Assembly: GCA_030601885.1 (NCBI GenBank)
Contig: JAUWAU010000014.1
Location: forward strand, 68,774-132,773
Origin: Armatimonadota bacterium
GTDB lineage: Bacteria; Armatimonadota; Zipacnadia; JAUWAU01
Reading direction: 5' to 3'
DNA: 64,000 nucleotides
The notes beneath the pieces are model-generated. The model had not been told where the DNA came from and searched no databases. It saw nothing but the letters and a program-made list of their open reading frames with translations. Shown one piece after another: positions 16,865 through 23,830 of the stretch. The first letter of the stretch is position 1. The number at the start of each line of letters is the position of its first letter. Made by a program: the position numbers and the translations under genes.

Positions 16865-17824
16865 CTAGGCGCCCACGGCACTGCGTGCGCGGTCAAGCGT
16901 CTCTCGTGCCTCGGCACGGGCCTTCTCGGCTCCCGCCTTCAGAACGTCGCGGACGTAGTCCGGGTCGGCCTCCAGCTCTGCCCGCCGTTGGCGCTGCGGG
17001 GCGAAGTACTCTATGATGGTCGCGAGCAGCTTCTGCTTGGCCTCGGCGTAGCCGATGTCACCCTTGCGATAGCGCTCCGCGACGGCCTCCCGGTCCTCGT
17101 CCGCCGCGAACAGCTTATACAGGTTGTACACGTTGCAGCTCTCCGGATCCTTCGGCTCCTCAACCCGCCGCGAATCTGTCTTGACGCTCATGACCTGGCG
17201 CTTGAGCTCGTCCGGCTCTTCGAAGATGAGTATCGCATTGCCGTAGCTCTTGGACATCTTGCGCCCATCGGTCCCGTTGACGACGGCCACGTCTGCCAGG
17301 ATATGGGCCTCCGGCAGCTTGAACACCTCACCAAACGTGCTGTTGAACTTAGTGGCGATGTCCCGGGTCACCTCGACGTGCTGTTTCTGGTCCTGGCCAA
17401 CGGGTACCAGATCCGAGTTGTAGATCAGAATGTCCGCTGCCTGGAGAACCGGATAGGCGAAGAGGCCGTGGTCGGCGGGGATGCCTTCGGCCACCTTCTC
17501 CTTGTACGCCACGCATCGCTCCAGAAGGCCCATGGGCGTCACGGCCGAGAGCAGCCAGGTCAGCTCGGTTACCTCGGGAATGTCGGACTGCATAAACAAG
17601 GTGGCGCGATCCGGATCGATGCCGAGCGCTAACAGGTCCGTAGCCAGATCGAGGCAGTACCTGCGCAGCGTCGCGGCGTCGCGGATGCTCGTGAGGGCGT
17701 GGTAGTTGGCGATGAAGTAGAAGCCCTCGTGCTCCTGCTGCAGCGCGACGTACTGCTTGATGGCGCCGAAGTAGTTCCCGATGTGCACGGCGCCGGACGG
17801 TTGAATGCCTGACAATGCTCTCAT
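16865..17824 (-). CDS. trpS: Tryptophan--tRNA ligase
   Basis: [41 protein letters not shown]; start ATG 17824. Confidence 0.97.
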   Translation of the reverse strand: MRALSGIQPSGAVHIGNYFGAIKQYVALQQEHEGFYFIANYHALTSIRDAATLRRYCLDLATDLLALGIDPDRATLFMQSDIPEVTELTWLLSAVTPMGLLERCVAYKEKVAEGIPADHGLFAYPVLQAADILIYNSDLVPVGQDQKQHVEVTRDIATKFNSTFGEVFKLPEAHILADVAVVNGTDGRKMSKSYGNAILIFEEPDELKRQVMSVKTDSRRVEEPKDPESCNVYNLYKLFAADEDREAVAERYRKGDIGYAEAKQKLLATIIEYFAPQRQRRAELEADPDYVRDVLKAGAEKARAEARETLDRARSAVGA

Positions 17825-18093
17825 GGCTTGGCACCGTTCCTCAAGAGATAGCGGTGATTTCGGCGATTGGGGCAGGGGGGCCTTCTGCAAGGATCATGGG
17901 GAACAGGATGGGGAGGCTGGGAATACGGCCGGAGGGGAAGGGTTGAGGGGACGGGGGCCGGTTGACAAGAAATGGGTATTATGTCCGCGGAATGACGGAA
18001 TCATGTCCCCGGAATTCAAAGATGCGCTAGTGCTATCCCCCGAATGCGGAATCTCTGGCGCCTCTTGCGCTCTCGCAGTCGCCCTGTTGACAC

Positions 18094-18573
18094 CTACCTC
18101 TTATACGTGGCCCAAGGATTCTGTTTCTTTCGTTTGCCTGCAAGTTCGGCTGCTTGCCCTATCCACCTCGCCAGACTGTCTTTGCTGGTATACTTGTATG
18201 CTTTGAAACCATTGGCTCTGATCTTCGGCGGAATCGCTCCCGGAGAACCAGTGTTCCCATTCTGGTCCTTTAGGTGATGAATCCGGACCGCCACAAGGCC
18301 GTTTCCTCGTTCCAAAGACTTGTCGATTTCGTAATTGATGTACTTCCTATCCGCAGTGCCGCGTGTAACACATACGACTGTAACGGATGTGTTCCGAAGC
18401 GCTTTGTCAATCATCGCTTTGATCTGCTTGTCTCCTTTCTTCTTGGCCTCTTCCCACAAGGAAGCATCTTGAAATCCCGCCGCGGCGGTGCCGATGATGT
18501 TGGGGATGCTTCGGACTTGGTTGACCTTCCACACATGCTTGTAATGGAAGCTGAAGAATACGCGTCGAGCCAT
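18094..18573 (-). CDS. TIR-domain protein, Thoeris ThsB/DUF1863-like
   Basis: MARRVFFSFHY..W.VNQVR, GF.DASLWEEAK, TSVTVV, T..RKYINYEI..S..RGNGL with catalytic Glu; RBS GGAGGAGG. Confidence 0.9.
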   Translation of the reverse strand: MARRVFFSFHYKHVWKVNQVRSIPNIIGTAAAGFQDASLWEEAKKKGDKQIKAMIDKALRNTSVTVVCVTRGTADRKYINYEIDKSLERGNGLVAVRIHHLKDQNGNTGSPGAIPPKIRANGFKAYKYTSKDSLARWIGQAAELAGKRKKQNPWATYKR

Positions 18574-18590
18574 CGTCCTCCTCCTTCCGA

Positions 18591-19001
18591 TTAGCGCCAC
18601 GCCGCTGCGACGAAGGCCGTCCCCACAATGATGGCAATGTAGAGCCAGGCAATCGTCGGGGACAAGCACGAGGCCAACCACCGCACCTGGCTCCGGTAGG
18701 GCGATGTGTCCATCGTGAAGGGGTCGGTCTCCATCTCAGACAGCGCGGCGAGACGCACAGCCTTATACAGCTTCCGAAAGAGGCGCTCCTGTCTCAGGTA
18801 GTAGCCGTCTAGCCCCCAGAACACCATCGTGGGGACAAGCGCCACCACCATGTACTGCGGGCATGCATCCCTGCCCCCCAGCGCAAGGATCGCGGCTGCC
18901 ACAGTAACAGCCCAGCCCTTGTACACGAAGGAGTTCTGTGCAAGGCGGCCGATCACGGTTTGGATGAGCTCCAGGTGCCGCATCCTTGCCTCGATCATCA
19001 T
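18591..19001 (-). CDS. Small multi-TM membrane protein, putative TIR-associated effector
   Basis: HLELIQ.VI.RLA.NSF..KGW, FW.LDGYYL.QERLFR.LY; three hydrophobic helices; ends 17 nt upstream of the TIR start. Confidence 0.8.
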   Translation of the reverse strand: MMIEARMRHLELIQTVIGRLAQNSFVYKGWAVTVAAAILALGGRDACPQYMVVALVPTMVFWGLDGYYLRQERLFRKLYKAVRLAALSEMETDPFTMDTSPYRSQVRWLASCLSPTIAWLYIAIIVGTAFVAAAWR

Positions 19002-19078
19002 ACCCCCGTGGGCATCCTTCATAGCCACCCAACCACCTGCGTGGAAATCGCGTGCGCCGCGCCGCCGCGGACACCAGG

Positions 19079-21310
19079 TCAGTCGGGTCTTGGGACCTGG
19101 TTCTGGTGGGCCGCGGGGAGGAACTCGGTCACAAGCCTGTCGCGCTCAGCGAGGAAGGCATTCAGGTCGTAGTCCTGGTACTCGTCCGGGTTGTCAGCGA
19201 CATTGCGATCCAGCAGTCGTTCGCACACGGCATAGGCCACGATCTCCGCAAGGAGCACGCGGAACTGGGTCTTCTCCTGGCCCGGGAACTTCTCGGACTC
19301 CTTGCCCAGATAGCGGCAGACGGAAGGATGAAACGCGGCGATTTCCAGTGTGTTGCCACGCCATCGGGAGCGCTGGTTGCCGAGGTCGACAGGCTGAATG
19401 CTGATTGTGATGGGCTCGCCGGCGGGTGGGCGGCTGACGAGTTGGGTTTCGGCTCGTTCCTCGCCGACTACGGCGATGAGGCGGGCTTTCATATCAGGAT
19501 CGGGCATCGTGACCCGGAGGTAGCAGTCTGCAATGCCAAGGTTCTCCCGAGGCCGTAGAGTCGGGTTGCGTGGGATACGCACGTGCGGCGTGTCGCAGGT
19601 GAGCTCGACCGGGCGAGGATCGGCCGGGGAGCCAGAGTAGGGCGCGAGCAAACGGACGCGTTTCGGGCGTCGTGGGACGACGTTGTAGACCTTGTGCTGA
19701 AAACAGAGCTGCGCGATGTCTGCGTAGCTGTCCCGCTCCGATTCGAGGACCTTGACGGAAGCGGTGGCAACGATGGGATCAGCGCGGCCGGTCACGGCCG
19801 TTGCACGCGTCACCCGTGTGCCGCGGACCTCCCAGCCCGCCCTCAGAGTGTTGTCCCGATCAGGGTGAGGCTGGAGCTGAACCGAGTTCTTGCTGGTGCT
19901 GATGTCGTCGGTGTCGCACTCGATCCGCACAGTGCTTCCCGCGGTGATCTGCGGGTAGGCCGTCTCGCTGATGTCGAGCCAGAACCTCTGCCTGTGGCCC
20001 AGCAGGATCTTGGAGTAGGGCGGGCTGAGACAGAATCCCTTGCGTCGAAGGGCGCCCTCGATCTTGGTGGTCACGGGCTGGGTAGTCTCGTCCTCCTGCT
20101 GGTGGAAGCGCTGCATGAACTCCGTCGCGAGCCTCTCCAGGGCGTTCAGACGTCGACGAGTCTGCTGGCTCTCAACCTGGATCCGCTCGGACTCCTCCCG
20201 CCTGTGTTCCTCTTCGACGACCCGGCGCAAGTGCCGCAGCGCTTGCTCGAACAACGCCTCCACGAAGGGGTGGTCCTTACGGAGTCCGGTCTGCCGATGC
20301 TGGTCTAGGATCCCCCAAGGGTTTCTTTCCGTGTCCGGTGGCTCGCGCCGCTCGAAGCGTTCGTCGTAATCGTTCCAGAGGTCGTCGATGTAATCGCACT
20401 TCAGTGTGCCGAAGAACCGCTGGGCATGCGAGTCGCGCTCGAGCTCCGGGGCGAAGAACGTCGACTCATGCACAGCGCGCTTGGACATGACGAGGATGCC
20501 GCTCTCGCGGAACTTAGGTCGGGCGCCGCCGTTGAGCGGCTGCTTGGCGCGCTTGATGATGAGCTTGGCCTGGGCCTCCGGGTAGCCGGGGATCCGCAGT
20601 TGCTCCTTGACGCGCTCTGTGCCCTTCGGGGGATGGTAGCGGATAGGGAGGTGCCGCTGCTTGTTGGAGTCGTGTAGCCACACATCCCTCTCCGGGTCGC
20701 TGAGGAGGCGGCGGAGAGGAACCAAAGTGCGGACTTTCTCGGCCATGGTGTCGTGTTGCTGTATCGTTGGCCGCCGCCGGGTCGTGGGGTCGATCTCCAG
20801 CGTCACGAGGGTACCTGTGCCTTCGGGGATGCCGAGGCGCTGCCGAACGTCCGCCGTGGCGGGCGCCGGTGCGGCGGGACTGGTGAAGTCGCCCTGAGGG
20901 GTGATTCGGCAGGACGCGTATGTGTCGCCGCTCGCGATTGACTCGAATGTGACCGTTCCGAGGATGGCCACGTCCTTGGCGCCGCGCGAGTTGGTGCCGC
21001 GCACCGGGGCGCCATTTGCAAACCCGGAGTGCCGCCGGCTGCCGAGCTTCGCGAGTTTCTCCTGCATATCCTCATGGCTCATTCCGGTCGCGAAGTCGCG
21101 GACGCGGAGGACTGGCGAGGTGGCTCCGTGGTGGCGCTCGATTTCTATGTCGATGCGGCCAGCACCGCCCAGACGCGTGTACGCATCATCGGCATTGGTC
21201 ACCAGTTCGGTGATCGCATCGTAGATGTCTCTGATGGCCCATTGGGCGTTCTGCCTCCAGTACCGCGGGTCGCTAACGTCAAGGCGTTTCTGGATCGCGT
21301 CCGCTCCCAT
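19079..21310 (-). CDS. GHKL (MORC/HSP90-like) ATP-binding protein with beta-rich C-terminal domains
   Basis: AITELVTNADDA, VRDFATGMS, RGTNSRGAK, GTLVTL GHKL motifs; S5-like FFGTLKCDYID; C-terminal LEIAAFHP; RBS GGAGG before ATG 21310. Confidence 0.82.
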   Translation of the reverse strand: MGADAIQKRLDVSDPRYWRQNAQWAIRDIYDAITELVTNADDAYTRLGGAGRIDIEIERHHGATSPVLRVRDFATGMSHEDMQEKLAKLGSRRHSGFANGAPVRGTNSRGAKDVAILGTVTFESIASGDTYASCRITPQGDFTSPAAPAPATADVRQRLGIPEGTGTLVTLEIDPTTRRRPTIQQHDTMAEKVRTLVPLRRLLSDPERDVWLHDSNKQRHLPIRYHPPKGTERVKEQLRIPGYPEAQAKLIIKRAKQPLNGGARPKFRESGILVMSKRAVHESTFFAPELERDSHAQRFFGTLKCDYIDDLWNDYDERFERREPPDTERNPWGILDQHRQTGLRKDHPFVEALFEQALRHLRRVVEEEHRREESERIQVESQQTRRRLNALERLATEFMQRFHQQEDETTQPVTTKIEGALRRKGFCLSPPYSKILLGHRQRFWLDISETAYPQITAGSTVRIECDTDDISTSKNSVQLQPHPDRDNTLRAGWEVRGTRVTRATAVTGRADPIVATASVKVLESERDSYADIAQLCFQHKVYNVVPRRPKRVRLLAPYSGSPADPRPVELTCDTPHVRIPRNPTLRPRENLGIADCYLRVTMPDPDMKARLIAVVGEERAETQLVSRPPAGEPITISIQPVDLGNQRSRWRGNTLEIAAFHPSVCRYLGKESEKFPGQEKTQFRVLLAEIVAYAVCERLLDRNVADNPDEYQDYDLNAFLAERDRLVTEFLPAAHQNQVPRPD

Positions 21311-21339
21311 TGGCACGTCCTCCTTCCAGGACTCGCGGC

Positions 21340-21972
21340 CTACTCCAAGGACGGCCGCAGCATCTCGCAACGCTCGGCAAATGCCAAGACATCCGCATCA
21401 TTCACCAGTTCAGCGAGGTTCCTAAGGACAGTGAAGCGCTTCTCCCATATGTGATCCTCTGCATCCACACGACACCGAAGCAGTGCCGCGAGTTGGCCGA
21501 TTGGTGGTACGAAGGCCTCGGGAGCACCCAGGAAGTCGCAGAAGAGCTGGTTGTCCCGCACACGCTGGACGTGCCTGAGGGCGTCCTGGCGGTGGGTGCG
21601 CGGTGCTCGGCGGGACAGGTGCTCCTCAAGGCGCCGCTCGTTTCCGGCAACCCAGCGTACACCTTCCTGAGTGAGTTGCCATCCATCAGTGCTCACGTGG
21701 CCCCGGCCGGCTCTGGTCTTGCCAGCGCGCCCTTGGACGAACACGGCCCCGAAATCCCCCATGCGCAGCCGGATCAGATCCCTGCGCACGACTTCCTTGT
21801 CGGCGTGCTCGCGATGCTTCACCCACGAGAAGGCATCCTGCGCCAAGGCGAAGCAGCGCAGGGCAACGTCCTCTGTGTGGACGCGTCTGCCGGCCCCTCC
21901 CTCTACGAAGAGGGCGTACAGCACGATCTCCCAATTTCTGAGCAGCGATTCCACACTGGGTACCTTCCTCAA
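21340..21972 (-). CDS. Hypothetical protein, probable winged-helix DNA-binding domain
   Basis: EIVLYAL..GG....VHTEDVA..CF.LA...FSW....DKE.VRR.L and wing GWQLTQEG; overlaps the upstream gene stop by 4 nt. Confidence 0.7.
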   Translation of the reverse strand: MRKVPSVESLLRNWEIVLYALFVEGGAGRRVHTEDVALRCFALAQDAFSWVKHREHADKEVVRRDLIRLRMGDFGAVFVQGRAGKTRAGRGHVSTDGWQLTQEGVRWVAGNERRLEEHLSRRAPRTHRQDALRHVQRVRDNQLFCDFLGAPEAFVPPIGQLAALLRCRVDAEDHIWEKRFTVLRNLAELVNDADVLAFAERCEMLRPSLE

Positions 21973-22601
21973 GATCGCGTCCGGCGCTGGACCGCGTCAG
22001 TAGTGCTAATCTGAAGTTCCGACCACGTGCTTGCCATTGCGTCTGTGATGCGTTCCGGATGTGGCGCCCTGTAGTATCCCCGGCGGGGCGAGGTGATTAT
22101 GCCCCGCTCCTTCATCAGGCCCAACACGATATACACCTCGTACGCGGGAATGCTTGTCGTGTCGATCACAGCATCGGCGCGGAATTCAGATGCTCCGCGT
22201 GCTGCTGCGACTATAGCCTCCCCGATGCGCTGGTAGTGAGACCTCGGTACGCCCTGCTCGTACTCTGTGCGCTTGTCGCGCCTGAGTCCTATCTTCCTGA
22301 GCACGTCCCCTTGGACGAGGTACTTGGGGTAGCCGCGTCGGCCCTTCGGCCGACGCCGGCCGGGTGACGTCTGCTTCTCCGGGAGTGGCGTCGGGCCCCC
22401 GTCGAGTAGCGCGGTCGCGCGACGCGCGAGTGCGTCGGTCTCGCGGGCAAGACTATAGCAGAGGTCGCCTGCGTCCCACTCTTCGCGGCCGCCGTCTTTG
22501 ACCCACTCGGTGCTTGCGGTGAGAAGCAGATCGCGCACCATGCCCAGGGCCTCGACCGCGTCCCGCAGTGCGCCAGGGATAGCTGAGGAACCCATTGCCA
22601 C
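21969..22601 (-). CDS. Hypothetical protein with basic linker and C-terminal wHTH-like domain
   Basis: YPKY...D.L.KIG....EYEQ..P; PAYEVYIVLGLMKERGII...RRGYY; RBS GAAGGAG. Confidence 0.72.
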   Translation of the reverse strand: MAMGSSAIPGALRDAVEALGMVRDLLLTASTEWVKDGGREEWDAGDLCYSLARETDALARRATALLDGGPTPLPEKQTSPGRRRPKGRRGYPKYLVQGDVLRKIGLRRDKRTEYEQGVPRSHYQRIGEAIVAAARGASEFRADAVIDTTSIPAYEVYIVLGLMKERGIITSPRRGYYRAPHPERITDAMASTWSELQISTTDAVQRRTRS

Positions 22602-22637
22602 GTCTCCTTCTTCTCTGTTATCCTCTGTGCATCCGAT

Positions 22638-22691
22638 AGATCACATTCACTCTACTCTCCTCTATTATACACTATTCTGTGATCTCGTCAA
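22638..22691 (-). promoter_or_regulatory. Sigma-70 promoter TTGACG-N16-TATAAT with AGATCACA/TGTGATCT inverted repeat
   Basis: -35 at 22686-22691, -10 at 22664-22669; 8-bp arms at 22638-22645 and 22678-22685 bracket the -10. Confidence 0.72.
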
Positions 22692-22695
22692 GTGG

Positions 22696-22860
22696 TCAGC
22701 GAAAAAAGTGGCGAGCGGCGCATCTGTAGGCGTCGATGAAGGGCTCGTGCGCCAGGTCCCCCGCATCGGTCGGGGGGAAGCTGTAGATGCGGTCGGCGTG
22801 GGGGTGCATCAGGTCGGCGAAGACGGTCGTGTGTCCAGCCTGGGTCGATTGGGTGAGCAA
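22696..22860 (-). pseudogene. Degenerate N-terminal remnant of an ECF sigma factor (region 2)
   Basis: Manual translation LLTQSTQAGHTTVFADLMHPHADRIYSF...DAGDLAHEPFIDAYR resembles ECF L...AQ.GD..AF..L...Y..RIY.F...DAEDL.QE.FI.AYR. Confidence 0.55.
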
Positions 22861-23007
22861 CGGCACCGCGCCACAGTGAGCACCTGTGGTCCTCTGGCGC
22901 TACAAAGACGGCCAAAGGCGAAGACGAAGGCAGGCTGCGGAGGCGTGGAAGTGGTTGTCGCGATGGGGGCGAGCGGGAGACGAGGGCCGGGTGGGAGGGC
23001 TGAGGTC

Positions 23008-23072
23008 AGATTCCTCGTGAGAATCGTTGCCGGTCCTTGTGGAACCCCCAGCGGTTCTCGCTCGGAATGACA
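23008..23072. repeat. REP-like element AGATTCCTCG...CGCTCGGAATGACA with internal insertion
   Basis: Complementary arms ATTCC/GGAAT and characteristic GGAATGACA end; intergenic. Confidence 0.45.
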
Positions 23073-23189
23073 AATGGGGAGGATCTCGGCCATGAAGATT
23101 GGGCGGGGAGAGGAAGCTGGCGGGCGGGGTGGAAGATCAGAGGTCAGGTCCTGAGGACGTGACTGCTGGCGTGTCGGAGTGAGTTCGGC

Positions 23190-23744
23190 TTGAGACGGAG
23201 GATAACGCTGGTTGATGTCGCGAAGGTCGGCTGCCTGGTGGTGCTCATCGGCTACTGCGTCTTCGGCGGCGCAACGCTGCTGAGGCACGCGGCCGAGACC
23301 CGCCGCGCCGGCACATGCCTGAGCAATATGATCCAGCTCTATCGCGGGATGCGCATGCACGCCCTCGGGCAGAAGGGCGCGCTGCCCGTCGCGGAGAGCT
23401 GGGCCGATGCGCTCGTCAAACACAAGCTAATCCCGAACGAGCAGGTCCTGCACTGCCCAAAGGCCACCGGCCGGTACGGCTACGCGATGAACTCGCAGCT
23501 CGGCGGCGCTAACCTCGAGCGCATTGCCGAGCCCACCCAACGGGTGCTCCTGTTCGAATCGACGACCGACACCCGGAACGCCCACGATCGACTGGAAAGC
23601 ATCCCCGACGCGCTGCGACATCCCCGAGGCAATCACTATATGTTCGTTGACGGGCACGGAGAGTGGCTCCAAGAGGTGCCAAGAGTTGACGGCGAGAATC
23701 AGGGCCCACAAGAGCCGGCAGCCGAAGCAGAGGAGGACGGGTGA
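23190..23744 (+). CDS. Prepilin-like / H-X9-DG domain protein (DUF1559-like)
   Basis: MRRRITLVDV prepilin-like N-terminus with TM, CLSN..QL, CP....YGYAMN, RHPRGNHYMFVDGH. Confidence 0.8.
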   Translation: MRRRITLVDVAKVGCLVVLIGYCVFGGATLLRHAAETRRAGTCLSNMIQLYRGMRMHALGQKGALPVAESWADALVKHKLIPNEQVLHCPKATGRYGYAMNSQLGGANLERIAEPTQRVLLFESTTDTRNAHDRLESIPDALRHPRGNHYMFVDGHGEWLQEVPRVDGENQGPQEPAAEAEEDG

Positions 23745-23812
23745 TGGTTAATGGTTGATGGTTGATGGGTTGCCGCCGCCCGAGGCCCATCATCCGTTAG
23801 CCATCGGCCATT
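23742..23812. repeat. Heptamer tandem repeat (GATGGTT, about 4 copies) with downstream degenerate inverted copies
   Basis: TGATGGTTAATGGTTGATGGTTGATGGG followed by CCCATCA...AGCCATCGGCCAT; intergenic hairpin potential. Confidence 0.55.
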
Positions 23813-23830
23813 TGTCCCCAGTCGCCAACC

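Noticed and set aside
17830-18090. T-box leader upstream of trpS
   Set aside because: No T-box GGTGG.ACC consensus or terminator recognised on the minus strand.
23742-23770. CRISPR-like or contingency repeat
   Set aside because: Only about 4 heptamer units, no spacers, intergenic; no cas genes and no CRISPR array anywhere in the window.
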